Assembly (NCBI GenBank): GCA_963796955.1
Contig: CAWCNJ010000003.1
Span: 96,546-160,545 of the forward strand
Length of the DNA: 64,000 nucleotides
Direction of reading: 5' to 3'
Origin: Endomicrobiales bacterium
GTDB lineage: Bacteria > Elusimicrobiota > Endomicrobiia > Endomicrobiales > JALOBY01
Translations under genes and position numbers: made by a program
The notes under the pieces: generated by a model
Told to the model about the DNA's origin: nothing
What the model saw: only the letters and a program-made list of their open reading frames with translations
The model's database searches: none
Shown: positions 19,051-30,459 of the stretch, piece after piece
Layout of the letters: each line of letters starts with the position of its first letter
Numbering within the stretch: position 1 is the first letter of the stretch

Positions 19051-19503
19051 ATGAAAAGACTCATTCTTGTTCTTTCTAGCGGTTTCGGTACAGGGTATCT
19101 GCCCGCCGCGCCGGGAACCTGGGGCACGCTTGCCGCGGCCGCGGTATACTGGTTTTTAGTGCCGAATAATCCCCTATTCGTTGCAGCGCTTGCGGTTATC
19201 GTATCGCTCCTGTCTGTGATCGTTTCCGGGGCGGCTGAAAGGATCTACGGTAAAACAGATGACAAGCGTATCGTTATCGATGAATGGGCCGGTTATTTTG
19301 TCTCTGTCCTTTTTCTTCCTCATACCCTGTGGTACTGCCTCGGCGCATTCATACTGTTCCGCGCGTTCGATATCTGGAAACCTGCCGGTATAGCCTCGTT
19401 ACAAAAACTGCCGGGCGGCTGGGGGGTTACGATAGACGATCTCGCGGCGGGCGCGGCTGCTAATATCGTTCTACAGGTAATTAAATGCGGAGTGCCACAA
19501 TGA
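19051..19503 (+). CDS. pgpA: Phosphatidylglycerophosphatase A
   Basis: APGTWGT, DDKRIVIDEWAG, FRAFDIWKP, GVTIDDLAAG. Confidence 0.93.
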   Translation: MKRLILVLSSGFGTGYLPAAPGTWGTLAAAAVYWFLVPNNPLFVAALAVIVSLLSVIVSGAAERIYGKTDDKRIVIDEWAGYFVSVLFLPHTLWYCLGAFILFRAFDIWKPAGIASLQKLPGGWGVTIDDLAAGAAANIVLQVIKCGVPQ

Positions 19504-20135
19504 ACCTGCCCTATATCCTTGAAACCATCGTCGTTGGTGCGCTCGAAGTGAACTGCTACCTGCTTGCCGACGCAAAAACCCTTGAGTGCGCAGTCATAGA
19601 TCCGGGGGACGACGGTGAAAAGATAATTGCGCGCATAAACGAACTGAAATTAAAGCCGGTCGCCATCATCAACACGCATTCGCATGCGGACCACATAGGC
19701 GCGGATGCCGCGATCAAAAAAAGATTCGACATACCTATTATGATACACCGTGAGGATGCCCCCAATCTTTCTGTCCCGGAGCGAAACCTTTCTTCCTACG
19801 CCGGTGGAGCTTTCTCGGCACCCAATGCCGACCGCCTGCTTGAAGACGGTGACAGTATAACGGTGGGAAGTCTGCAATTGCGAGTTACGCATGTACCGGG
19901 GCATTCAAAAGGGTGCATCGTACTCTCGGTAGAGGATCTGCTTTTTACCGGCGACACATTGTTCTGCGGCACCGTCGGCCGCACCGACCTTCCCGGCGGT
20001 TCCGACGATGAACTTAACCGGTCACTGAAGAAATTCAACGCCTTTCCCCGTACCATGCGCCTGCTGCCCGGCCACGAAAAACAATGCACCCTGGAAAAAG
20101 AATATGGCCATAATATCTTCCTTGGACGTCCCTGA
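19500..20135 (+). CDS. MBL-fold metallo-hydrolase (glyoxalase II-like)
   Basis: NCY, IDPG, THSHADHIG, PGHS, FTGDTLF, GRTD, PGH. Confidence 0.92.
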   Translation: MNLPYILETIVVGALEVNCYLLADAKTLECAVIDPGDDGEKIIARINELKLKPVAIINTHSHADHIGADAAIKKRFDIPIMIHREDAPNLSVPERNLSSYAGGAFSAPNADRLLEDGDSITVGSLQLRVTHVPGHSKGCIVLSVEDLLFTGDTLFCGTVGRTDLPGGSDDELNRSLKKFNAFPRTMRLLPGHEKQCTLEKEYGHNIFLGRP

Positions 20136-20149
20136 ACGGCGGAGCGTAC

Positions 20150-21043
20150 ATGCTTGACCCGAATCTGTATCTTAAAGAATTCGTAGTGTACATCACCGCG
20201 GAAAAGGGACTGGCGAAAAATTCCATTCTCTCTTATCGCAGCGACCTTAAAAACTACGTCGCGTACCTGAACAAAACCAAAAAAAACGTTGAAGCGGTCT
20301 CGCATCTGGAGCTGGGGGATTACCTCTGGGAAAGAAAGAATGCCGGCCTGCAGCCCAGATCCCTGTACCGGTTGATTGAAAGCCTGAGGCAGTTCTATAA
20401 ATTCCTTATCGCGGAAGGTTACATTAAAAGCGATCCCACCGCGAACCTGCTGCCGCCGAAGATCCCTTTAAAGCTGCCAAATAAACTGAGCATAGCCGAG
20501 GTAGAACGGCTGCTGAATGCTATCAGCGGCGACAATAGCAGGGAGATCCGTAACCGGGCGATGGTAGAGGTTATGTACGGCGCGGGGCTGCGGGTCTCTG
20601 AACTGGTCGGCTTAAGTGTCGACAGCGTTGATATGGCCCTCGGTTTTGTCCGGGTGTTCGGGAAAGGAAGTAAGGAACGGCTGGTGCCGCTGGGAAAGAC
20701 CGCGCGCATATATATCAGGAAGTATCTCGAAGTGCGCAATGCCAACAAACGGGCTAAAGAAGGCGAGCCGGCGCTTTTCCTGAGCAAGCTGGGCCGTCCG
20801 CTCTCACGGATCGAGTTCTGGCGGCAGCTGAAGAATTACGCGAAAAAAGCCAATATAAGCAAACGCATGTATCCGCACACGCTGCGCCATTCATTCGCCT
20901 CGCACCTGCTTGCCAACGGCGCCGATATCCGGTTCGTTCAGGAAATGCTCGGCCACAGTTCTATTGCCACGACACAGATCTATACCCATATAGACCGCGA
21001 ACATTTAAAAGAGCTGCACAAACAATATCACCCCAGAGGATAA
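20150..21043 (+). CDS. xerD: Site-specific tyrosine recombinase XerD
   Basis: EKGLAKNSILSYRSDL, GLRVSEL, GKGSKERLVP, PHTLRHSFASHLL, LGHSSIATTQIY, HPR. Confidence 0.93.
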   Translation: MLDPNLYLKEFVVYITAEKGLAKNSILSYRSDLKNYVAYLNKTKKNVEAVSHLELGDYLWERKNAGLQPRSLYRLIESLRQFYKFLIAEGYIKSDPTANLLPPKIPLKLPNKLSIAEVERLLNAISGDNSREIRNRAMVEVMYGAGLRVSELVGLSVDSVDMALGFVRVFGKGSKERLVPLGKTARIYIRKYLEVRNANKRAKEGEPALFLSKLGRPLSRIEFWRQLKNYAKKANISKRMYPHTLRHSFASHLLANGADIRFVQEMLGHSSIATTQIYTHIDREHLKELHKQYHPRG

Positions 21044-21048
21044 CCGGT

Positions 21049-21324
21049 ATGTATTACGGCGGCGGAGAGATGGAAGACGTCATAGACCTGCACGGCATGC
21101 GGGCCGAGGCAGCCGAACAGGCCCTGTATAGATTTATGAACGAAATGATCCGAAAACAAGCCCGCAAAGCCCTTATAATCCACGGCAAAGGTTCCGGTGT
21201 CCTGAAAGAAGTAACCGACGATTGCCTGCGGCAAAACGGATACGTAGAAAGATACTACACCGCCCCGCTTTCACACGGCGGCAGCGGTGCTACCGTAGTC
21301 GAATTTAGTTATAACGCAAAATGA
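21049..21324 (+). CDS. Stand-alone Smr domain protein
   Basis: IDLHG, IIHGKGSGVLK, GGSGATVV. Confidence 0.9.
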   Translation: MYYGGGEMEDVIDLHGMRAEAAEQALYRFMNEMIRKQARKALIIHGKGSGVLKEVTDDCLRQNGYVERYYTAPLSHGGSGATVVEFSYNAK

Positions 21325-21346
21325 AACAGGGTTATACGGAGGTCCA

Positions 21347-22341
<995 letters not shown>

Positions 22342-22345
<4 letters not shown>

Positions 22346-23221
22346 AACTGCTCGATCCCGTCGCGCTTTCCAAAATAGCATCATTGCAGTTGCGGGCCCG
22401 CCACGTTGTGGACGGTCTTCTTTCAGGATCGCACCTGAGCCGCCTGCGCGGCCACTCGCTTGAATTCGCCCAGCACCGTGAATATGTTCGGGGCGACGAG
22501 CTCAAACATATTGACTGGAAGATGAACGGCCGCAGTGACCGCCTTTTCATCAAGCAATACCAGGATGAAACCAATCTCCGTTGTTGTATTTTGCTGGATG
22601 CATCCGGCTCCATGGGCTACGCATCGAAAGGGAATATTTCAAAGCTGGAATACGGCGCCATGGCCGCCGCCTCTTTATGCTACCTGTTATTCCAGCAGGG
22701 CGATGCGGCGGGTTTGGGCATATTCGACGATAATCTGCATACGTTCCTTCCTCCTATGCACCAGCAGTCATACCTTCCGCTCTTAAATGCCGCCCTGGAG
22801 AACGTAAAGCCCGGTGGTGATACGGGTATACATACCGCTCTCGCTGATGTTGCCCGCCGGCTGAAAAAACGCAGTATGGTGATCCTTGTTTCAGATCTTT
22901 TAGGCGACACAGGACAGATAATGCCGGCCTTGCGCCATCTGAGCGCGCGCCGCTACGATGTCATGGTCTTGCAGGTGCTTGACCCGCGGGAGATCGATTT
23001 TGATTTCTCGGGAGAGGCGCCTTTTTGTACCGCTTGAATCCGGAGCCAATGTACGGGCGGACGCAGACGAAATACGCGACGAATATCTGCATGTGTTCGG
23101 GGAAGCCCAACAACAAAATGCCTCCGCCTTACGTTCGGCGAGGATCACACATTGTCTCGCTCAAACGAACGAGCCGGTCGAGACCGCGCTCGCACGATTG
23201 CTTTCCGGCGGGATGGTCTGA
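22342..23221 (+). pseudogene. DUF58 (vWA-like) MoxR partner, frameshifted near 23020 (real lesion or sequencing error)
   Basis: EFAQHREYVRGDELKHIDWK, LLDASGSM, LVSDL. Removing one base at ~23020 joins ...FSGEA to LFVPLESG...LARLL, the second frame ending at 23221. Confidence 0.85.
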
Positions 23222-25218
23222 TGAATATTTCATTCCTCGATCCGGTCTATCTGTGGGGGCTGCCCCTTGCGGCGATCCCTTTACTCCTGCATCTGCTCTC
23301 AAAACGCACTCCCCAAAAACTTCCATTCAGCGATCACCGTTATATCCTGCAGGCGATTGAGCGGGTCAGGACAAGCCTGCGCTTCTATCATTATTTGATC
23401 CTGCTGCTGCGCACGCTGATCATCGCGCTGATCGTCGGTTATTTTGCCAAGCCTGTATACCAACCCGCGGCGGCGGGCCTGAAAGCCGGCAGTGAACCGG
23501 CGCCCGTGATATTCATCCTGGATACTTCTTATTCGATGGGTGCAAAAGTTAACGGCATAACAAGATTTGATATGTGCAAGAAACTGGCTCAGGATTCGCT
23601 TGCCATCGTGCCTAAGGGCACCAGGGCAGGTGTGATAGCGGTATCGAACCGGCTGGAGGTTGTCAGCGGTGTTCTGACGAACGATACCGATACGCTGGCG
23701 CGGCTGATAACGGATATTCAGCTTTCGAACAGACCCACCGACCTTGCGCCGGCATGGACGGCGCTGCGGAAGATGCTGGAGAACTATCACGGCGCCAGAC
23801 CGGTAGCCGTCGTGCTTACCGACGGCGCACAGCATGTTTTCAGCGGTCAGCCTCCAGAGGGGTCACTATCGGTCAGGGTGGTTTTGCCGCGCTTCCCATC
23901 ACTGCCTAACCGCTGGCTTACGGAACCATCCGTCACGTTCAATGAAGGTCCCGAACAGTGGGAGTGCTCTGCCGCTGCGCAAAGCTCTCATTATCCCGTC
24001 GATACAACATTTATCGAGCTGCACGCTGACGGCCGGAAGGTCGCCTCCGATATCGGCAAACCAGGTACCGACGGCGTTTTAAAGGCACACATGGTCTGGA
24101 CGGCGAAAACACCGGTATCGCGCGGCACGCTGACCATCCCGCCTGATCCGCTGATCTGCGATAACGAATATTATCTGACAGCCAGAAGGGCCGTTCCTTT
24201 TAAAACGTGGCTTATTGACGGCGATCCGCGTCTCGGTGGTACGGGCAGCAAGACGCTATACCTCAGTAAACTATTCCCGCGCGCTGAAGTGCTGCGAGAA
24301 AGCGATTCCTCTCTGGTGGAATACGGACTGCCTGGTACGGTGATACTGGCTAACGTACGCGAATTCTCCCCGGCGCTCGCCGATCATATCCGTAGCGGCG
24401 GCGGGTGCATCGTGTTCCTTGGTGACCGTTTTGAACCGGGCGCAGAACCGGAATGGTTCCCGGCCGAGGTCGGCAATGAATTGGATTCCCCGCAAAGCAT
24501 CACCTGGAAGGATGCCGGCCACCCTATAGCTGCTGAGATCGCCGTTAAAGAATATGTGTGGAAGAATATACACGTCGACAAAGGTTTTGTTCTTTCCGCG
24601 AAACCCGGCGCCCGGGTGCTTGCGGAACTGGGCAACGGACGGCCGTACCTTATCGAGGGAAAATACGGTGCCGGGAAAGTTCTGTTGTGCTGCTCAGGGC
24701 CGGACAGGGATTGGGGAAATATTGTAGCGCATCCCGTATTTGTAACACTACTGCGCGCCGCGGCCAGATATACCGCGGTGGCAGCCGGCCAGGATGCGGC
24801 TGCGGATACTGTTGTCGGCGGCACGTTCCACTGGAAAATGGTGGATGATCCTCGTATCGCGCGGCCCGACGGAAAACTCGTTACGGCGCCGGTCGCCGAA
24901 GGCGCGATAACCTATACGGATATGGACGTGCCCGGTATGTATGCGTTGCTTTCCGGCCGCCGCACGGTCACTACCTGGGCGGTAAATTTGGACAACGCTC
25001 ACGCTGAAAGCGACCTGACCGCCGCCACGCTCAAAACCGTGAGGGCATATTTTAAAGAAATGCCGCTGGCAATGATAGAACCCGGGCAGTGGCAGAAAAA
25101 ACTACGGGTAATTATAGCGGGCTCAGATGTATCCCGTCAGTGGTTGTTTGCCGTTCTTCTATTACTGCTGATGGAATTGTTGCTGGTCACAAAAGGAAAG
25201 ACCAATGTCCGCCGTTAA
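23221..25218 (+). CDS. BatA-like N-terminal double-TM plus vWA domain membrane protein
   Basis: FLDPVYLWGLPLAAIPLLLHLL...LLLLRTLII BatA signature; ILDTSYSM MIDAS; LTDG; AVNL..ESDL; C-terminal TM. Confidence 0.85.
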   Translation: MNISFLDPVYLWGLPLAAIPLLLHLLSKRTPQKLPFSDHRYILQAIERVRTSLRFYHYLILLLRTLIIALIVGYFAKPVYQPAAAGLKAGSEPAPVIFILDTSYSMGAKVNGITRFDMCKKLAQDSLAIVPKGTRAGVIAVSNRLEVVSGVLTNDTDTLARLITDIQLSNRPTDLAPAWTALRKMLENYHGARPVAVVLTDGAQHVFSGQPPEGSLSVRVVLPRFPSLPNRWLTEPSVTFNEGPEQWECSAAAQSSHYPVDTTFIELHADGRKVASDIGKPGTDGVLKAHMVWTAKTPVSRGTLTIPPDPLICDNEYYLTARRAVPFKTWLIDGDPRLGGTGSKTLYLSKLFPRAEVLRESDSSLVEYGLPGTVILANVREFSPALADHIRSGGGCIVFLGDRFEPGAEPEWFPAEVGNELDSPQSITWKDAGHPIAAEIAVKEYVWKNIHVDKGFVLSAKPGARVLAELGNGRPYLIEGKYGAGKVLLCCSGPDRDWGNIVAHPVFVTLLRAAARYTAVAAGQDAAADTVVGGTFHWKMVDDPRIARPDGKLVTAPVAEGAITYTDMDVPGMYALLSGRRTVTTWAVNLDNAHAESDLTAATLKTVRAYFKEMPLAMIEPGQWQKKLRVIIAGSDVSRQWLFAVLLLLLMELLLVTKGKTNVRR

Positions 25219-25951
25219 ACAATTCTCCTTGATCGTATTGTTGTCTCTGATAGTCTCTGCGCCCCTGTGCGCGAGCCAGATAAACAATTATGTTTTCACA
25301 CAATTAAGGTATAACGGCAACTGGGACCCGTATCCTGAGACCTGGCAGGAGATCATACATTTTCTTACCGCCTCTACCAGCATTATTCCCGAAAGCGGAC
25401 GGCGGGTGGTAACACTGGACGACGAAGCTCTTTTCTCGTCGCCTTTCCTGATCGTGCTCGGGACCGGTCAATTCCCCGAGCTGACAGCCTCTCAGACAAT
25501 AACGCTGCGCCGCTATCTTTCCAACGGCGGACTGCTGTTCGTGGAAAACTCACTGGGCGTGAAAGGCGGTGCTTTCGACACCGGGTTCAGGCGGCAGATC
25601 GCGAAAGTATTGCCTGAAAAACGCTTAAAGACATTACCGCAGACGCACCCGCTTTTTCGTTCGTATTATTTACTGCGCAAGATCGCCGGCAGGCGCCTGG
25701 CCGATGATCACCTCGAAGGTATCGATATTTCCGGCCGGGCGGCGGTGATCTATTCTCAAAACGACATGATCGGCGCCTGGGCCCGCGATCGTTCCGGGAA
25801 CTATGTATGGCCATGCCAGCCCGGCGGGGAAAACCAGCGCTTTGAGGCCCAGAAACTTACGCTGAATGTCATTATGTACAGTGTTACCGGGACATACAAA
25901 GCCGATGCCATCCATCAGAAATATCTCAGACAAAAGATGGGCATACGATGA
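25205..25951 (+). CDS. DUF4159 domain protein
   Basis: Signal peptide; LRRYLSNGGLL, HPLFRSYY, VIYSQND, NVIMYSVTGTYKAD. Confidence 0.85.
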   Translation: MSAVKQFSLIVLLSLIVSAPLCASQINNYVFTQLRYNGNWDPYPETWQEIIHFLTASTSIIPESGRRVVTLDDEALFSSPFLIVLGTGQFPELTASQTITLRRYLSNGGLLFVENSLGVKGGAFDTGFRRQIAKVLPEKRLKTLPQTHPLFRSYYLLRKIAGRRLADDHLEGIDISGRAAVIYSQNDMIGAWARDRSGNYVWPCQPGGENQRFEAQKLTLNVIMYSVTGTYKADAIHQKYLRQKMGIR

Positions 25952-27843
25952 ACTGGCACCTGAGCGCTTCTTTAAACAACCCCTGGTTCATACTTTCTGT
26001 CCCGGTCGCGCTTGCGATCATATATATCCTTTTGACCCGAAAGAAAAAATTACCGGTTACCGCCCTGCGGATCACTGCAGTGTTCCTGTTGCTTGCGGCC
26101 ATGGCGAAACCGGAATTGACCGGCGCCCTTGAGCGGTCGCGCCCCGCGCTTGCGATATTGGTCGATACGTCAGGCAGTATGCAGCTCACCAAAAAACTCG
26201 ACGGCGCCGTGAGCTGTTTGCGAAAACTGATGCCGGACATTCGTTCTTCTTACACTCCCTTTCTGTATACGTTCGCCGGTAACACACAGAAGGTAAAAAG
26301 TCCGGCCGATATGACCCCGTCGGAAGACAAAAATTCCACCGATATCGCCGGCGCCCTGGCGGAAGCTTCCCGGGATAATCCCGGCGCGCTTTCGGGTGTG
26401 CTCCTTCTGTCCGACGGTAATAACACCGCGGGTCCTCTTACGTCGACGGCTCTTCGGCTGCCAAAAGCTCCGCTGATCTGTATTTCACCATCAAACGACA
26501 AAAGTCTGCTTGACTTGAGCATTATCTCTGTGAACGCTCCGGACATCGCTTTTAAAGGCGCCCCGCTTGAACTGCGCGCGCACTATGGGGCCTCCGGGGC
26601 ACGGGGTCGTTCCGTGACAATATCAATTTCTCAAGGGAATGTGCCGCTCGCCAGGCATACGGTCTCTTTTAACGCCGATGCGTGCACAGGTGAAACGGTT
26701 TTCATGATCACACCATCCGTCAGCGGCCGGCAGAAATATACCGTCAGGATAGAGACGGTAAAAAACGAAATTACCACGCTCAATAACTACCGGGATATTG
26801 ATATCGATGTGTTGCGCGATAAGATACGGGTTCTCTATATTTGCGGCCGTCCATCGTATGAATATTCCTTTCTCCGGCATGTGCTTAAAAATGATCCGCT
26901 GGTAGAGCTGGTTTCCTTCGTGATCCTGAGGAACCCGGATAATGTGGCGCTGGTGGCGGAAAACGACCTGGCATTGATACCCTTCCCCATCCATCAGCTT
27001 TTTACCCGGGACCTGCCGTCTTTCGACGTGGTGATCTTTGAGAACTTCACCTATCAGCGTTACGGTTTTATGCCGCAGTACCTGCAAAATCTCGCGGATT
27101 TCGTACGAATAAAGGGCGGCGGTTTTATTATGACGGGCGGTGAGAATTCATTTACCGCCGGCGGCTGGAAAGGCACAGCTATCGACGGTATTTTGCCGGC
27201 GATGGACAGTCCTGAGCACGGCGGCTGGCAGCCCGGGGCTTTCCGCGCGCGCCCGACCGCGGGTGGGCATTTCATTATGCAGCTTTCAAAGGAGCCGCAG
27301 ACGGCCGCGGCGCTGTGGCGCCAGATGCCGGAGCTTGACGGCTGCACCAGGCTTGAAGCGCGCAAAGGTGCGCACGTGCTGTTCACCGACGCGAGAGGCA
27401 CAACACCGGAGCTTGCCGTGTGGGACTGCGGAAAAGGGCGCGTGGCGGCGCTTGGCGTGAACACGACCTGGCGCTGGGCCCTGCAAATGCCGACGGCCGA
27501 CGCCTATACGAATTTTTGGCGGAACATGCTGCGCTGGCTCGCAAAGGCTGAAGCCGAAAATGACCCCGGCACGCGTACGGCTAAACCTGCCGTTCAGCCT
27601 TCACCCGCCGCAACGGAAGAAATTGAACTGGCGGTCAATGAGACAGCGCTCAGACGCATGGCGCAGGAAACGAACGGTGGCTATTTCAACAGCGAAAATG
27701 TTACTATATTAGACATACAGCGGCTGACAAAACCCGTTGCCGCAACAGCGAACGAAGAGCACAGAAGCTTGTGGGATACGCCATGGCTTTTGCTGGCGGC
27801 CTGCGGATCGCTTTTAGCCGAATGGTATTTAAGGAAAAGATAA
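25948..27843 (+). CDS. Membrane protein with vWA-like and glutamine-amidotransferase-like domains
   Basis: LVDTSGSM, LLSDG, YEYSFLRHVLKNDPLVELVSFVILR, LALIPFP, GGGFIMTGG, TWRW, EWYLRKR C-terminus. Confidence 0.75.
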   Translation: MNWHLSASLNNPWFILSVPVALAIIYILLTRKKKLPVTALRITAVFLLLAAMAKPELTGALERSRPALAILVDTSGSMQLTKKLDGAVSCLRKLMPDIRSSYTPFLYTFAGNTQKVKSPADMTPSEDKNSTDIAGALAEASRDNPGALSGVLLLSDGNNTAGPLTSTALRLPKAPLICISPSNDKSLLDLSIISVNAPDIAFKGAPLELRAHYGASGARGRSVTISISQGNVPLARHTVSFNADACTGETVFMITPSVSGRQKYTVRIETVKNEITTLNNYRDIDIDVLRDKIRVLYICGRPSYEYSFLRHVLKNDPLVELVSFVILRNPDNVALVAENDLALIPFPIHQLFTRDLPSFDVVIFENFTYQRYGFMPQYLQNLADFVRIKGGGFIMTGGENSFTAGGWKGTAIDGILPAMDSPEHGGWQPGAFRARPTAGGHFIMQLSKEPQTAAALWRQMPELDGCTRLEARKGAHVLFTDARGTTPELAVWDCGKGRVAALGVNTTWRWALQMPTADAYTNFWRNMLRWLAKAEAENDPGTRTAKPAVQPSPAATEEIELAVNETALRRMAQETNGGYFNSENVTILDIQRLTKPVAATANEEHRSLWDTPWLLLAACGSLLAEWYLRKR

Positions 27844-27876
27844 GAACTAAGCAGCTCAAGGAATGGAGGAGCCTCT

Positions 27877-28434
27877 ATGGTGTACAGAACCGACGGAGAA
27901 CTCGAACAGGGATTGTTCAGCACGCAGGATGAGGATCTTGTCAAAGAGTATAAAAAAGCGCAAAGACGCAAGGACCACCGGATCATGCTCTCTGAAATTT
28001 CCGGTATTACGAACGATATGCTGCTGGATCGATTCCTCCAAATGGAGATACGGCCAGAAACACTGACCTCCATTTCCCTGGTCCCCCTGATAGAGGTCGG
28101 CTGGGCTGACGGAAAACTGGATGATCTTGAGCGGGAAGCTATCCTGAAAGCCGTCGAGAAGTTCGGGTGGAGAAAAACCAGCATAGATTATCTATTGTTG
28201 GCACGCTGGCTATGCAAAAGGCCCGGCGCGACGCTCTTCGAACTGTGGAAAGCCTACACGGCCAGCCTCTGTAAGAGCCTGTCAACGTCAGAGGTTGAAT
28301 CCCTTCGCTATGAGATACTCGGACACGCCATCGCGATCGCGAACGCGAGCGGCGGTATCATGGGTATCGGCAAAATTTGCGCCGCGGAAAAAGCCGTGTT
28401 AAAAGAGATCGAAAAGGCTTTTACAATAAAATAA
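27877..28434 (+). CDS. Hypothetical protein, possible TerB-like fold
   Basis: Strong GGAGG RBS; LVPLIEVGWADGKLDDLERE and IANASGG..G.GKI...EK segments resemble TerB-like helical repeats. Confidence 0.6.
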   Translation: MVYRTDGELEQGLFSTQDEDLVKEYKKAQRRKDHRIMLSEISGITNDMLLDRFLQMEIRPETLTSISLVPLIEVGWADGKLDDLEREAILKAVEKFGWRKTSIDYLLLARWLCKRPGATLFELWKAYTASLCKSLSTSEVESLRYEILGHAIAIANASGGIMGIGKICAAEKAVLKEIEKAFTIK

Positions 28435-28442
28435 ATGATCCC

Positions 28443-30459
28443 ATGATAAGCGTCTGGGTTTTCCTGATCGCCTGCGCAGGATATGTTTTTTCGATGGCTC
28501 CCGGTATTGTCGTGGGCGACTCGGGTGAGTTTTGCGCCGCTGCCGCCACGCTTTCCCTGCCGCACAGCCCGGGTTATCCTCTGTATGTTCTGCTGGGTAA
28601 GGTCCTGTCCATACTGATGCCGTTTGCGACCGTAGCCTACCGCGTGAACCTGTTAAGCGCGCTGTCAGCCGCTGTCGCGGTGACGGCGCTGTACTACGTA
28701 TTTCTCAAATTGCTTGATGAGTGCGACGGAAAAGAAATGATAGCGGCCTCCGCGGCCTTGATAGCCGGCGCGAGCGCCGCTTTCGTCTCAAGCGCCGCGC
28801 AGGCTGAGGTCTTTACCCTTAACAGTTTATTCCTTGTATTGATCCTCTATGCCTTGCTGTATGGTAAAACAGTGCTTGCAGGATTCCTGTTCGGGCTTGG
28901 CCTTGGTAACCACCAGACCCTCCTGTTCGTGCTGCCGTTCGCTACGGGAGAGCTGTACCGAACAAAGAAGTTCACCGTGCGGGAGATAACCGCATTTTCA
29001 GGCGCCGCGGCAATGGGTATTTCCATCTACCTCGTCTTACTGCTGCGCGCGCAGGCGCACCCTCCGTTGAACTGGGGAGATCCGGAAAATCTGCATAATC
29101 TGTGGCGGGTCATTTCACGGGCGGATTACGGCAGTCTCTCATTAACGGTGGGTGAAAAGATCCCGTTCACGTTTCCGTTCATGCTCAGACAACTGCACCG
29201 CTATCTTGATTTCTTTCTGCAGCAATTCACTGTTTTTGGCGCCATTCTTGGCGCCGCGGGCTGGTGGTGGGCCCTCAGAAAAGGATTGCCGAGCGCGAAA
29301 GAGTTGTTCATGACCTGGTTGCTGATAGGGCCGGGTTTTCTGTTGTTCGCGAACCTGCCCTTTAACGGCGAATCGAACGGGATACTGGAGCGTTTTTATA
29401 TTTTGCCGAACCTGTTCTTCGTCTTCGGGGTACTATACGGTATCGCATTGTTGCGCAGGATCCCGGTGCAAAAGACAGGGTTGGCCGCAATGGTCCTGTG
29501 CGCCTCTCTTTTCCTTTTCTCGTCGAGAACATTCGCGGCGCCCTTCAGGTGGAACCTGGTCTGTCATGATTATGGCCGCAATATCCTTCGTTCCCTGCCG
29601 TACGGCAGTATCCTTTTCATCGATGGCGGCGACGATACTTTTTACAGCCTCGCGTATTTCACGTTCGCCCGCCGTCTGAGACCCGATATAGAGGTCCACG
29701 ACCGGGGGGCTGGTTTTCAGGAACATCTACGGCGCCGATTTCCGGCAACTCACAAAAAGTGAAAAAGAGGATCGCCGCCAGCAGGTCGAAAGGAATTTTC
29801 TGGGTGTCAGACCGGTCTATTTCTCCACTTTTAATCCGGTCATACTGCCGGGGGTCGCCATGGCATTGCGCGGGGTGTTGTATGCCCCGTCGCTGCAGCC
29901 GTCAACCGACCCTTGGCCCTGCTACAACCTGCGCGGGGTGTATGGCATGGATCACCCGGATTATAGAACGCGGGCTTTGATACCCGTTTACACGTTCTTT
30001 GAAGCCAGGCGCAGGCCGTCCCTCGCCGGTGCAGCCGTATCCGTTATGATGGATAAATGGCCTGAAGTCCTGTGGGTCGCATTGAACGCGCGCGTATTCA
30101 TAAATGAAACAGCCTATAACGAGATCAACGCCGGCAGCACAGCTTCCGGCAGGGAACTGCTGTGCACGGCCGTCGCATTGTTCCCGGATAACGCATACGC
30201 GTTGTCAACGCTCGGTGTTTTGTCGGAAAAACAGAATGATCTGGCAAGCGCCGAGCAGTACAACCGGCGTGCCATTTTAGCTGACGCCAGCTTTGCCGAT
30301 GCCTACTATAATCTGATGGTGCTGGCCTGGAAAAAGCAGGATTGGGGCGCGGCGGCAAAAGCCCTTGAGCAGCTGCAGGCTCACGCGCCGAACGACCCGC
30401 GTCCTCAACGCTATCTGCCTCAGATCATGGCAAAATGGCGCGCGGGCCGGAAAACCTGA
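28443..30459 (+). pseudogene. DUF2723 (TMEM260-like GT-C glycosyltransferase) with C-terminal TPR, frameshifted at G6 run 29704-29709
   Basis: GDSGEFCAAA...HSPGYPLY, AEVFTLN, GLGNHQT, LNWGDP, GGDDTFY. A shift in the G run continues LVFRNIYGADFR... in frame into ORF 29860..30459 (TPR). Confidence 0.8.

Noticed and set aside
20150..21043. Tyrosine recombinase as a prophage or island integrase
   Set aside because: Length and motifs match chromosomal XerD, flanks are housekeeping, and no att repeats, tRNA or phage genes are visible.
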